Of a stretch of 64,000 bases of DNA, positions 25,401-40,400 are shown piece by piece. Within the stretch, counting starts at the first letter, position 1, and the number at the start of each line of letters is the position of its first letter. A model generated the notes under the pieces. The model searched no databases. It worked only from the letters and a program-made list of their open reading frames with translations, and was not told the DNA's origin. A program made the position numbers and the translations under genes. Source of the stretch: Squalus acanthias (Eukaryota); assembly GCA_030390025.1 (NCBI GenBank), contig CM059438.1, forward strand, positions 54,126,001 through 54,190,000, in the 5' to 3' direction.

Positions 25401-28400
25401 GACTTCAGTTATGTGGAGAGACTGGAGAAGCTGGGGTTGCTCTTCTTGGAGCAGAGACGGTTAAGAGGAGATTTGATAGAGGAGTTCAAAATCATGAACG
25501 ATTTTGATAAGAGTAAATAAAGAGAAACTGTTTCCAGTGGCAGAAGGTTCGGTAACCAGAGGGCACAGATTTAAGGTGATTGGCAAAAGAACCAGAGGCG
25601 ACATGCGGAATCATTTTTTTAATGCAGTGAGTAGTAACTTTCAAAAGGGGATTGGATGCATACTTGAAGGGGAAAAAAATACAGGGCTACAGGGAAAGAG
25701 CAGAGGAGTTTGACTAATCGGATAGCTCTTTCAAAGAGCCAGCACAGGCACAATGGGCTGAATAGCCTCCTTCTGTGCTGTATTTAGTGTGTCAGCTGTG
25801 GCTCAGTTGGCAGTACCCTCGTCTGAGTCAGAAGGTTCAAGTCCCACTCCAGAGACTTGAGCCCAAAAATCTAGGCTGACACTCCAGGGCAGTACGGAGG
25901 GAGTGCTGCACTGTCGGAGGTGCCGTCTTTCGGATGAGACATAAAACCAAAGCCCCGTCTGCTCTCTGAAGTAGACGTAAAAGATCCCATATTGTGGTAT
26001 GTAAATGATGAACTGTTCTGTATTTCCTCAGTGATAAGCTTCGAGAGCTGATCATAGAACTCAGGCCTCCGCAGTTCATTCCCTACCTGAGCACCGTACT
26101 CCCACGGGAAGCAAAGGAGACCGTGGCTAATATCCTGATAGGTACGCTGTGTATTTTATATTTGCTATATTCTCTGCTGGTGTCTTTGTGAAGTTTACAT
26201 TTCCTATTCAAATTAGGCTTAACAGACTGGATTTGTTAATGGCTCTAATCCTGTAACACTGCTGCATGCCTGGCAGCATGGAGGTGTGTCTAGTGAGGGG
26301 CCTGTCACCCTCTCCTCCCCTCCCCCCCCAGCTCCCTCTCCCCTTCTCCCTCTCTCTCTTCCCCCCCCCCCCCCCCCCCCAGCTCCCTCTCCCTCTCCCC
26401 GCCCGCCCCGCCCCCCCCCCCCCCCCCCCCAGCGCTCACCCCTCTGTAACGGTGATATTTTTCAGAAGCTGGCTCTTGTTCAGCTGATGAAGCTCTAACC
26501 TTGTTTTCTTCCATTCAAGGCCTGAACAAACCTCAGAAACAAGCCATGAAGCGGGTGCTGCTCTCCAACGACTACACACTGATCATGGGCATGCCTGGAA
26601 CAGGCAAAACTACCACCATCTGCACTCTGGTAAGGCAAAGGCCACAGGGTGTTCCAATCATGTGGAAATGGGCAGTGCTCTCAGCCTAGAGCGGGGATCA
26701 CTGGTTAGCTGCCTCCGGCAGGGCCTAGTGATTGGTGTCAGCTCCTGAACTGGCAAAGAGAGGGCTGCTCGGCTGCATTTCCAGCTGGTGCCGGGCACTT
26801 TCCTGTAAGGCTCGTTTTATTATTTGCAGTACAGCAATATTTTACTATTGATGTGAGCGACTCATTTCAACATTAATTTTGAGATATATTTAGTGGCTGT
26901 TTTTCTGTTCTTTGATGAGGTGAGGATCCTTCACGCCTGTGATTTCAGTGTCCTCCTGACTAGTTATACCCACTCGGCTGTTGATAACATTTTGCTGAAA
27001 CTGGCTCGATTCAATGTGGGCTTCCTGCGTTTGGGGCGTTATCAGAAGGTCCATCCCGACATCCGAAAATTCACCGACGAGGATATTTGCAAAAGGAAAT
27101 CCATTCGAACTCTGACTGAGCTGGAAGGGCTGTACAAGAGTGAAGTAAGTGTGGTAATGTTGGCCAAGGCCTTGGTTCAGTCTGACGGTGTCGCGTGCTG
27201 CAGTAATAGATCCACAGCTGCTGGGTGCCCTCGTCTACTTTGTGAACCCAGCCTGTGGCCTATTTTACCATGGAATGCATCACAGACTAGCCTGATACTG
27301 TTCTCATCAAGCCGGCAGGCATGTGCACTCACCAGCAGGGGACAGAGGATATAGATCAGGAGTGGGCACGCTAGCTCACTTCTTCTCATTCTTTCCCCTC
27401 CTTAACCCAGAGGGCTAAGGCCAATTGTAGTGACCTGGAATTAAACTGGGCCCCTCCTGGTCCATGTGCCTTAGTTCAATACTGCATGGTGCCTTTACCC
27501 ACTGATCATCGGGGCAACTTCTAGTATTTATAGTGTAAGAATAAGGTGATTGGCAAAAGAACCGGAGGTGACATGAGGACAAACTTTTTTATGCGATGAG
27601 TGGTTAGGATTTGGAATGCACTGCCTGATAGGGTGGTGGATACAGATTCAATAGCAGCCTTCAAAAGAGAATTGGATAAATACTTGGAGAAAACTTTGCA
27701 GGGCTATGGGGAAAGAGCGGGGGAGTGGGACTAACTGGATTGCTCTTTGAAAGGGCCAGCGCAGACAAGATGGGCCAAATGGCCGCCTCCTGTGCTATAT
27801 GATTCTATTAATTGCATGGTTACACTTGTACTTAGAAAATCTCTAATCCACATTCCTGAACTCACTAACCTGGCTTCTGCATTAGACAAGCATGACTCCC
27901 CATCCCTCTGTTACCTTAACAACTGCACAATGTAAAGCTACTTTCCATATGGACACACCTGCTTAACCCAGTAATCATTGCAGTGATGATGCTGCAGAAC
28001 TTTGTTGTGAAATTTTACTTGAATCTGTATCCATAGGCCGTTTCAGATATTAAATTCATCATTGATATTCTCCACACACCCTAATTTAATTTATATTGGT
28101 TATATTGCTGACCTGTTACAAATTTTCTGGTTTTGCACTCAGCTTCTTATGGTTCAGCATCACTGGTCACTCTCATAAGTGGACATCACATCCCCTATGA
28201 TCTGGAGTGTACCATTACTGCCCAGAATCTAGTAACCTGGAACGCTTGTTGCCTTCACCAGCGACTAATCTCACACCAGCGACTGTAATTACACACCCAT
28301 TACTGGAATCTTGCCCGTCGCCGGGACACCTCAATGCTGTAATCTTTCACATGTTGCCATGTATTTTCTCCTATCTTGATGAAAGGAGTGCTAAACCACA

Positions 28401-31400
28401 CTGATGTGTGATGAGGCTTGATTGAAAACTAATAAACTGGTCTGTTTTACATAAAAGACACAAATGAGCAGAATAGTTTTCACAATGAAATCTGTCAATT
28501 TCTTACTGCTCCTTGTTCTAAGAAAGTAATAAAAATGTAAACTCTACTGACACTGCTGGGCAAAAACCCAGGCTGGGGCTCTTTTCCCTAGAAAAGAAAA
28601 GACTGAGGGGGGTGCCCTGATAGAGATCTTTAAAATTATGAAAGGGTTTGGTAGGAAGACGTAGAGAAGATGTGGCACTTGTTGGGGGAGACCAGAACTG
28701 GGGGCCATAAATATAAGATAGTCATTAATCAATCCAACAGGGAATTCAGGAGAAACTTCTGTGGTTAGAATGTGGAACTCGCTATCACAAGGAGTAGTTG
28801 AGGCGAATAGCGTTAGATGCATTTAAAGGGAAGCTAGATAAGCACATGAAGGAGCAATGAATAGTGGAATGTGCTGATGGGAGATGAAGAGGGGAGGGAG
28901 GAGGCTCGTGTGGAGCATAAACACCAGTATGGACTAGTTGGGCCGAATGACCTGTTTCTGTGCTGTACATTCTATGTAATCTATGTAAAGACTCATTCAA
29001 AGTAGCTAATCCTGAGCAAACTGCCACTCTATTTTAGTTACAAGCAGCACAGGCTCTGTTCTTACTGTTCTTGTGTCTGAGAGAGGGAGGAAAAAAGGGA
29101 ACCTTCATGTGTGTGATTCGTAGGGGGGAAGGGTTCATCCCACCGCGCCACCAATCAAAGTTACCACTCTAATTGAAATACCTCCCCTTTGATGTAGATG
29201 CCAGAGACGTCCAAATGTCTGTTTAGCTGAGCCCCCTTCTGGGCACATTGAATGAGAGCTGTCGTTACTGATGGTCCAACTTACAACTCATCAACCTTGT
29301 GGTTTTTCCCATTGTCTCAAAGCTGCCTAAACTTGCATGGATAAATAGTTTTATGGCTGGCACGTCGCTCTTAATTAACACTTAGAATCACCAAAGCCAC
29401 TGATTATATCAAATGCAGCGTTTTAGATTTAATAAATATTATAAATTAACAGACTTCTGCTCCGGCAATAGTGATAAAATCCAAACCTTGTGTGGGAGGC
29501 ATGTTAACGTTGTAGTGACATCAACATTGTTTTCATCCTTGTTCCCATTGAGCCCAGGCTCCGTGCCTCTTCAGTTTCCTCAGAATTTCTTGCTACTTGC
29601 ACCATATTTTCTGAATCCCTCTCTGAGTAGGTAGAGCAGGTCGACTGGGGCGTTCTCCCTTCTAGATTCAGTATATAAAGCTTCAGTCTACTGAGTTGCT
29701 CCTCTGTCAGTGCATGCTGGTGACTTGTGTTGATCCTTTCCATGTTTCGTATCTGACACTAGCAAAGTCTCATCAAGGACAATCGCTGAATGTGAGATAA
29801 CAGAACAAGGCTGTAGCTGCATGAGGTTGCTGAGTAGCATGGCTGGAGTAGAGCAGAGTGGACCCGAGACATGGGAGTTGTTGAGCCAGGCCAGTCCCGA
29901 TCTGGAGCTGGGAAATAGCAGTCGGAATGGCGGCAGATCAGAGTCGGGTGGATATTCTAGAACATAACCTGGGCAACCAGTGAACATAAGAACATAAATA
30001 GGAGCTGGTGTAGGCCATTTGGCCCTTCGAGCCTGCTCCGCCATTCAATAAGATCATGGCTGATCTTCTACCTCAACTCCACCTTCCCGCACTATCCCCA
30101 TATCCCTTGATTCCCAAAAATTTATCGACCTCTGTCTTGAATATACTCAATGACTGACCATCCACAGCTCTCTGGGGTAGAGAATTCCAAAGATTCACAA
30201 CCCTTTGAGTGAAGAAATTTCTCCTTATCTCAGTCCTAAACAGCCGACCCCTTATTCTGAGACAGACCCCGTGTTCTAGATTCCCCAGCCAGGGGAAACA
30301 TTTTCTCAGCATTAACCCTGTCAAGCCCCTTATGAATTTTATATGTTTCAATTTGATCACCTCTCATTCTTCTAAACTCGAGGGAATATAGGCCTAGTCT
30401 ACTCAATCTCTCCTCATAGAGCAATCCCCTCTTCCCAGGAACCAGTCTAGTGAACCCTCGTTGCACTCCCTCTATGGCAAGTATATCCTTCCTTAGGTAA
30501 GGAGACCAAAACTGTACACAATACTCCAGGTGTGGTCTCACCAGGGCCCTGTATAATTGTAGTAAGACTTCTTTACTCTTATACTCTAATCCTTTTGTAA
30601 CAAAAGCTAACATACCATTTGCTTTCCTAATTGCTTGCTGTACCTGCATGTTAACTTTCTGTGATTCATGTACAAGGACACCCAGGTCCCTCTGAGTGCA
30701 AATATTTCCCAGTCTCTCACCATTCAAAAAATATTCTTCTTTTTTGTTTTTCCTACCAAAGTGGATAACTTCACACTTCCCCACATTGTATTCCATTTGC
30801 CATGTTCTTGCCCACTGAGTCAACCTGTCTATATCTCTCTGCAGCCTCTGTGCGTCCTCCTCACAGCTTAGTTTCCCAAAAGGTAATGCCAGAAGTGGGA
30901 TCAGAAGTCTGACTCATGGGGAGGTGCTCCTGAGTCAACACCTACTAGAGGGTAGTGACAGCAGCAAATACCTTCACTCATCTTAGCATTTGCCCTCATG
31001 AGTGGAAGATCCAGTTGGACAAAATCCAAACGGTGTTCAAGACTTGGAGACATCCACAGATGGACCTCTTCGGACGGCCACTATGTCTGTGCTCAGGCAG
31101 ACGACCACACCGAGAGACTAGACGGTCCCTTCTTTTGTTAGAAACAAAAAATTTATACGAATAGGACGAGGCCATTCAGTCCCTCGGGTCTGCCCTGTCA
31201 TTCACTTAGGTCATGGCTGAACTGTACTTCAACTTCATTTACCCGCCTTTGCTCCATATCCCTTGATGCTCTCACCTAACAAAAATCTGTTGATCTCAAT
31301 CTTGGGAATTTCAATTTCCACAGCCTTTTGGGGGAGCGAGTTCCAAATTTCCACTAGCTTTTGTGTGGAAAAAATGCTTCCACATTTCAATCCTGAACGG

Positions 31401-34400
31401 CCTAGCTCTTTTTCCCATTTCTTGGCAATGAGCTACACAACAACTTGTGTTTTACAACAACAACTTGTATTTATAAAGGGCCTTTAACGTAGAAAAACAT
31501 CCCAAGGCGATTCACAGGAGTATTATAAGACAAAAAATTTGACGCCGAGCCACTTAAGGATAAATTAGGGCAGGTGACCAAAAGCTTGGTCAGAGAGGTA
31601 GGTTTTCAGGAGCGTCTTAAAGGAGGAAAGAGAGGTAGAGAGGCGGAGAGGTTTAGGCAGGGAATTCCAGAGCTTAGGGCCCAGGCAACAGAAGGCACGG
31701 AGCGATTATAATCAGGGATGCTCAAGAGGGCAGAATTAGAGGAGCGCCGATATCTCGGGGGATTGTGGGGCTGAAGGAGATTACAGAGATAGGAAGGGGC
31801 AAGGCCAGGGAGGGATTTGAAAACCAGGATGAGAATTTTGAAATTGAGGCGCTGCTAAACCGGGAGCCAATGTGGGTCAGTGAGCACAGGGGTGATGGGC
31901 GAACGGGACTTGGTGCGAGTTAGGACACGGGCAGCCGAGTTTTGGATCACAAGTTTACGTAGGGTAGAATGTGGGAGGTCAGCCAGGAGCGCGTTGGAAT
32001 AGTCAAGTCTGGAGGTAACAAAGGCATGGATGAGGGTTTCAGCAGCGGATGAGCTGAGGCAAGGGCGGAGACGGGCGATGTTATGGAGGTGGAAATAGGC
32101 AATAGGCGGTCTTTGTTATGCTGCGGATATGTGGTCGGAAGCTCATTTCAGAGTCGAATATGACATCAAGGTTGCGAACAGTCTGGTTCAGCCTTAGACA
32201 GATATTAGGGAGAGGGTTGGAGTCAGTGGCTAGGGAGCGGAGTTTGTGGTGGGGACCGAAAACAATGGCTTCGTATTTCCCAATATTTAATTGGAGAAAA
32301 TTTTTGCTCATCCAGAACTGTATGTCAGACAAGCAGTCTGACAATTTAGAGACCGTGGAGGGGTCGAGAGAAGTGGTGGTGAGGTCGAGCTGGGTGTCGT
32401 TAGCGTACATGTGGAAACTGACGCTGTGTTTTTGGATGATGTCGCCAAGGGGCAACATGTAGATGAGAAATAGGAGGGGACCAAGGATAGATCCTTGGGG
32501 TACCTCCGAGGTAACGATGCGGGAGCGGGAAGAGAAGCCGTTGCAGGTGATTCTCTGGCTACGATTAGATAGATAAGAATGGAACCAGGCGAGTGCAGTC
32601 CCACCCAGCTGGACGACGGTGGAAAGGCGTTGGGAGAAGGATACACCTACCACCTATCCACCCGCTCTGGCAATCTGTGTCCTGAAATCCCCCCATACCG
32701 TTTACCCAGCCTCTAACCTGTGTCCTGTAATCTCTGACATTCCCCCCCTCACTGTTTACCCAGCCCCTAACCTGTGTCCTGTAATCTGACATTCCCCCCC
32801 TCACTGTTTACCCAGCCCCTAACCTGTGTCCTGTAATCTGACATTCCCCCCTCACTGTTTACCCAGCCCCTAACCTGTGTCCTGTAATCTCTGACATTCC
32901 CCCTCACCGTTTACCCAGCCCCTAACCTGTGTCCTGTAATCTCTGACATTCCTCCTCACCGTTTACCAGCCCCTAACCTGTGTCCTGTATTCTGACATTC
33001 CCCCCCTCACTGTTTACCCAGCCCCTAACCTGTGTCCTGTAATCTGACATTCCTCCCCTCACCGTTTACCCAGTCCCTAACCTGTGTCCTGTAATCTCTG
33101 ACATTCCCCCTCACTGTTTACCAGCCCCTAACCTGTGTCCTGTAATCTGACATTCCCCCTCACTGTTTACCCAGTCCCTAACCTGTGTCCTGTAATCTCT
33201 GACATTCCCCCCTCACTGTTTACCCAGCCCCTAACCTGTGTCCTGTAATCTGACATTCCCCCCCTCACCGTTTACCCAGTCCCTAACCTGTGTCCTGTAA
33301 TCTGACATTCCCCCCCTCACTGTTTACCCAGCCCCTAACCTGTGTCCTGTAATCTCTGACATTCCCCCCTCACCGTTTACCCAGTCCCTAACCTGTGTCC
33401 TGTAATCTGACATTCATTCCCCCCCTCACTGTTTACCCAGCCCCTAACCTGTGTCCTGTAATCTCTGACATTCCCCCCTCACCGTTTACCCAGTCCCTAA
33501 CCTGTGTCCTGTAATCTGACATTCCCCCTCACCGTTTACCCAGTCCCTAACCTGTGTCCTGTAATCTCTGACATTCCCCCCTCACCGTTTATCCAGCCCC
33601 TAACCTGTGTCCTGTAATCTCTGACATTCCCCCTCACCGTTTATCCAGTCCCTGACCTGTGTCCTGTAATCTCTGACATTCCCCCCTCACCGTTTATCCA
33701 GTCCCTAACCTGTGTCCTGTAATCTCTGACATTCCCCCCTCACCGTTTACCCAGCCCCTAACCTGTGTCCTGTAATCTGACATTCCTCCCCTCACTGTTT
33801 ACCCAGCCCCTAACCTGTGTCCTGTAATCTGACATTCCTCCCCTCACTGTTTACCCAGCCCCTAACCTGTGTCCTGTAATCTGACATTCCCCCTCACCGT
33901 TTACCCAGTCCCTAACCTGTGTCCTGTAATCTCTGACATTCCCCCCCTCACTGTTTACCCAGCCCCTAACCTGTGTCCTGTAATCTGACATTCCCCCCCT
34001 CACCGTTTACCCAGTCCCTAACCTGTGTCCTGTAATCTCTGACATTCCCCCCCTCACTGTTTACCCAGCCCCTAACCTGTGTCCTGTAATCTGACATTCC
34101 CCCTCACCGTTTTCGATTCTCCCTAATTTGAGAGTGTTGATATAATTTCTCGTGTTCATGTTTTTATGCAGAAGTTGTCCCAGCACAGGTCGCTGGGGTA
34201 CATCCTACCAATGCAAAAACATTCATTAGTTTCTGCTCTTTGCCTGCTGTCCCCCAGCCGAATCCATGCTATTTTACACCCGGGAGCTCACTGTTGCGCC
34301 CGGGAACACTTCAAAAGCACTTAATTGGCTGTAAAGCGCTTTGGGACATGGTGAAAGGCGCTATATAAATGAAAGTCTTTCTTTCTTAGCCATGAGCAAT

Positions 34401-37400
34401 GTCACAGAAGGTGAACTGGTTTTAACGTTACATCATTGTGTTACAGCTGGTGGTTGCAACGACCTGTATGGGAATGAAACATCCAATATTCAGTCAAAGG
34501 AGGTTTGACTTCTGTATTGTGGATGAGGCATCTCAGATCAACCAGCTCATCTGCCTGGGTCCCTTATTTGCTGCTGATCGATTTGTACTGGTGGGAGATC
34601 ATCAACAGCTGCCACCCATCATTCAGAGCTCAGACGCCAGGTATGATCTTCAACCAACTTGGATCTGAGCTGCATTAGAAGGCCATCTAGTCTGTAATTA
34701 ATAGGGTTAGATAGACAAGCCATCATCTCTCGCAGCAGGAGGGACCTATACAAGGTGGACGGGTTGCACCTGAACAGGGCTGGGACCAATGTCCTCGCGG
34801 GGAGGTTAACCAGTGCTGTGGAGGGAAGGTTTAAACTAATTTGGCAACAGGAGGGGATTCAGGATGAAGCATCAGAGGAGAAGAAACAAGGTGTGTAGAG
34901 GACTGGGAGTGACAAACTATTAGAATAAAAAGTAGTTCAGAAAGAGGAGGGATCAGATGGGAGAAATGCGAAGCAGGCTAAGGCGAGTTTGGAGTGCATG
35001 TGCGTAAATGCACGGAGCGTGACGAATAAGGTTGGTGGGCTGCAGGCACAAGTTGCCGCATAGGATTATGATATAGTGGCAGTAACGGAGACCTGGATCA
35101 AACAAGGGCAGGAATGGGAACTTAACAATGACCACAATGTATTCAGAAGGAAAATAAGGAGGGGAGGAGGGTGGCAGTATTGATCAAAGATACTGTTTCA
35201 GCCCTGGAAAAGGTTAATGTGCTTGAGGGTTCAAAGATAAAATCTATTTGGTTAAAGTTAAGGAGCTATTACACTGCTGGGTATTTACTATAAACCACCA
35301 AATAGTGGGAAGGAGATGGAGGAGCAAATTTCAGAAAAATGTAAAACAATACAGTGATAATGGGGAACTTCAATTATCCTAATATAGACTGGGAAAATAA
35401 CAGTGTAAAGGGCAAAGGGGGAGGAATTCCTGAAATGTGTACAAGAGAACTTTCTCAATCAGTGTGTTTCCAGCCCAACGAGGAAGGAAGCAGTGCTGGA
35501 TCTAGTTCTGGGGAATGAAGTGGGGCAAGTGGAGCATGTTTTACTCGGAGAGCATTTGGGGAACAATAATCATAATATCTGGTTTAGAGTAGTTACTAAA
35601 GGGACAAGGAACAATCAAAGGTACAGATATTTAACTGGAAAAGGGCTTATTTTAGGGATTTGAAAGGAGATTTGGCCCAGATGGATTAGAATCAAAGATT
35701 GGCAGGTGGAGCAGTAAATGAGCAATGGGAGGCCTTCAAAGAGAAGTTAGTTTGGGTACAGACTAGACGCCCACGAGGGGGAAAGGAAGGGCATCCAAAG
35801 CTAGAGCTCCCTGGCTGATTAAAGATATTGGGCCAGAAATTCGACTTCCTGCGGGTGCAAGGATCGCGCGCGTACTTGCCTACCGTGCCTGCCGTTGTGC
35901 TTCGGACCCGGGCCTCCTGCAGCTGCCGGCGCGCAGTGCTTGCGTATCCCAGGGGCGCAGTTAGTTCGAAGCGTCTCCTGGGATCACGTGGGCCATGGAG
36001 AGCCAATCGGAGCAGGGAATCTTCATTCATAGATTTTGACAGGAAGACCTGTCAAATCTATGAATAGAGATCGGCCCCAAAACCTCACTTAAAACTTCAA
36101 ATAAAAAAAAAAACATCACATTTTTAAAATAACTATAAATTACATAAATTAACTACTTTAAACAAAAATTTAAATTTTTGAAAAAATTAATTACACTTTT
36201 TAACGGTGCTAAAAATAAACTTACCTTTCTTTAAAGTATGTAAAAAAGATAAACCTGTTGAAAATGTTTAAATTGTACTTAATTCACCACTTACCTTGTT
36301 AAAAGCAGGCCTTGCGCCTCCTTTATCCCCACGCAGCTTCTCCGTACTTACCCTCACTCCAAAACCTGTTAAAAAAATAAAAAAAAACCACGGAAGTTCG
36401 CTGCGTGCGCGCTGCCTCTCCGGCGCACGCGGTTGACCCTCGAACCCCTTCTTTCACGAGACCGGACGTTCCGGTTCCCCGTGCATGTGCGAAACTGGCA
36501 CTTCCAGTGGCCCTATGGGTGTGTACACAGTGCGTACTCACCCGTGGAGACCCGAATTTCTGCCCCTATGGATTAAAATGAAACCGAAAACAGGCTTATG
36601 ATAAATGTCAGGTTCATAATATAATAGAGAACCAAGAAATTAGAGGAGAACTGAAAAAGGAAATAGAGGGGCAAAGAGAGTGTATGAGAAAAGATTTGCG
36701 GGTAATGTAAAAGGAACACTAAAGTCTATAAAGAGTAAAAGGGAAGGGTGAGGCCGATTAGGGACCAAAAAGGAGATGATCTTGTGGAGACAAAGGACAT
36801 GGCTGAGGTATTACTTGAGTACTTTGCATCTGTCTTCACTAGAGAAGAGGAAATAGTTTAAATGATTTGGGTAATTTTGCAGGACTTCCTTGCTTTGAAT
36901 GGTTACTGGTTTCTCATTGGTACCAGTTACTGCCTGTAACCAAATATGTTCAGTCAGTCACATTCTGATTGGTAACATGTTCATTATTTCAACCAATAAC
37001 GATTTATTTTTATAATGTGGGGTGACCACTTTTACGACGAGAGGCCAGGCAAATTTTTTGAACTCACCGCAGCGAAAACCCCCTCACAGCGACTTCTGGT
37101 CCCAATTTTAATCTCCCCAAGAAGTAAGGGCCATATTTCATGGGGCTGCAGTTTGATCTGTTTATTAGAATGTAACCTGTTGTACAACTGATCCTTCTAC
37201 TGCTCCAACACATACACCCCTGCACAACACACCGTACAGCAGCACATACTGTGCCCACAGCACACCCGCGCAGCAGCACACCGCGCGCCAGCACACCGCG
37301 CAGCAGCACACTGCTCACCAACACACCGCACACCCACACCGTACACCAACACACCATACAGCAGCACACCAGCACACCGCGCACCAACACACCGTACAGA

Positions 37401-40400
37401 CCCACACTGCACAGCAGCACACCGCGCACCAACACACCGCACAGCAGCACACCGCGCACCAACACACCGAACAGCAGCACACCGTGCACCAACACACCGC
37501 ACACCCACACCGTACACCAACACACCATACAGCAGCACACCAACACACCGTACAGCAGCACACCGCGCACCAACACACCGTACAGCAGCACACCGTGCAC
37601 CAACACACCGCACACCCACACCGTACACCAACACACCATACAGCAGCACACCAACACACCGCGCACCAACACACCGTACAGCAGCACACCGCGCACCAAC
37701 ACACCGTACAGCAGCACACCGCGCAGCAACACACCGTACAGCAACACACCGCGCAGCAACGCACACCGGCGCACCCGCACACCGTACAGCAGCGCACCGC
37801 GCACCAACACACCGTACAGCAGCGCACCAACACACCGCACAGTAGCACACCGTACGGCAGCACACCGTACCACACCTGCGCACGGCAGCACACACCGTGC
37901 CACAGTAGCACACCAGCGTATGAACACACCGCCCACAGCAGCTCACCCGCACATTGCTAATTTAATGCATTCTATGCCAACAGAGCTCTGGGAATGGATG
38001 AGAGTTTGTTTAAGCGTCTGGAGCAGAATTTCGATGCGGTTGTTCAGCTGAATGTTCAGTACAGAATGAACAGGTACTTGCTTTGAATAAAACACGTGAT
38101 TTGTTACAAGTGATTTCTACTGTCCCGTAACAATCCTTTATCACTCTCCACAGCACGATTATGTCACTCAGCAACAAGCTGATGTATGAGGGAAAGCTGG
38201 TGTGTGGGTCAGAGCAAGTCGCAACCGCTACACTGCAGCTGCCCAGGTGGGGTGAGCTGGTGGCACACAGTCTGCAAGATTCTTGGTTGAAAGATGCTCT
38301 GGAGCCAAATAAGCCTGTTTGTTTTCTTAACACTGAAAAGGTGAGGTGATCTTCAATTCTGCAGTAATAGTAACCCACAAGGATTTCTGTTGTGTTGTGT
38401 TATGTTATATTGTTCTGCATCTAAACCAATGGCACATATACTGACCAATTGTCTGGAATCTGGGTAAATCAACAGCACTGATGCTCATAACCCATCCCGG
38501 AGCCCCCATCCCCGTTCCTTGGCACAGAAACACCCTCTCCCCACCACACCACCCCCCCCCCCCCGCCCCCCCTGCTGGTCCCTTGGCTCGGACCCCTCGA
38601 CAAAGAGCACCTGTCCCACCTCCCCCATCCCCTGTCCGGAGCCACCCTCTCCTGTCCCAGGGGGAGAGTGGCCCTGGGGAGGGGCGGGGAAGAGCGGCCC
38701 AGGGGGAGGGGAGGGTGGGAGTGGCTCTGGGGGAGGGGAGGGGTGAGCGTCACTGGGGGAGGGGAGGTGGAAAAGCAGTTCTCCAGTGAGGAGCTGCTGT
38801 GTGTGTGCGGATTTGGCTGTTGGATAGCATTTGTTGCTCACTGTCTGTACAGTGCATTCCATTTGGGGCCTGATGTGTTTGCCTTTTTCCCAAGGTACCA
38901 GCCCTAGAGACAGATGAACAGTGCGGACTGAGTAACCTGACCGAGGCTGAGCTGGTTTACTGTCTGACAACGGTGCTGCTAAAGGTAGGTGTGTCTGACT
39001 CTGAGGGAACTGTGCATCACACTGAACAGTGCCAAGGTGAGTATTGGAGCAAACAGCACTTGTAGCAAAAGGAGCAGTCAGTGTCATCATAAGTTTCAGA
39101 AACTAACGTTACTGTTCCTGGGGACTGGCCGTGCACACAGCAGAATGTTTTCTAATCTAGTTTCAGAATTGGTCAAATAGACTCACTTGTGAGTGAGTGA
39201 GATATTTGATGTGTCACCATTTAATTGAGGCTTGCTGGAGACAGTAGTGTGTGTGTAGTGAGTGAGTTTTGTGCGTGCGTGTGGTGAGTGCATGACCAAG
39301 AAATTGATAGAGGGAGAAAATAGAATGAGAGTAAACTAGCAAGAAATATCAAAACAGATTGTAAGAACTTTTACAAGTATGTAAAAACGAAGAGATTAAG
39401 AGCAAGAGACAGGAGAAATTATAATGGGGAATAAGGAAATGGCAGAGACGTTAATCAGGTATTTTGTATCTGTCTTCACGATGGAAGAACATACCAGAAA
39501 TTGTGGGGAACCAAGAGTCTAATGAGAGTGAGGAACTTAAAGCAATTAATATTAGTAAAAAAAATAGTACTGCAGAACTTAATGGGACTAAAAGCCGACA
39601 AATCCCCATGACCTGTTGGCCTGCATCCTAGGGTTTTAAAAGAGGTGGCTGCAGAGATAGTGGATGCACTGGTTTTGATCTCCAGAATTCCCTGGATTCT
39701 AAAACGGTCCCTGTGGATTGGAAGGTAGCAAATGTAACCCTGCTATTCAAGAAAGAATGGAGGGAGAGAGAAAACAGGGAACCAAAGGCCAGTTAGCCTG
39801 ACATCAGTAGTAGGGAAAGTGCTCGAATCTATTGTTAAGGATGTGGTAACAGGGCACTTGGAAAATCATATGATTGAGCAAAGTCAATGTGGTTTTATGA
39901 AAGGAAAATCATGTTTGACAAATCTATTAAGAGGTTTTTGAAAGTGTAACTAGCAGGATAGATAAGGGGGAGCCAGTGGATGTAGTATGTTTGGATTTTC
40001 AAAAAGCATTCAATAAAGTGCCATACTAGAGATTGTTACACAAGATTAGGGCTCATGGGATTGGGAGTAATATATTAGCATGGATTGAGGATTAGTTAAC
40101 GGACAGAAAAGAGAGTAGGAATAAGCGGGTCATTTTCAGGATGGCAGGCTGTAACTAGTGGGGTGCCGCAAGGATCAGTGCTTGGGCCTCAGCTATTCAC
40201 AATCTACATCATTGACCTAGATGAGGGGACCGACTGTAACATATACAAGTTTGCTGACAATGCTAAGCTAGGTGGGAAAGTAAGCTGTGGGGAGGACGTG
40301 AGGAGGATGTAAAGAAGCTGCAAAGGGATATAGACCGGATAAGTGATTGGGCAAGAAGGTGGCAGATGGAGTATAATGTGGGGAAGTGTGAAATTATCCA

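Noticed and set aside
32697-34112. CCCTAA telomeric hexamer in nearly every unit
   Set aside because: One isolated hexamer per ~55 bp, never tandem; not an interstitial telomere.
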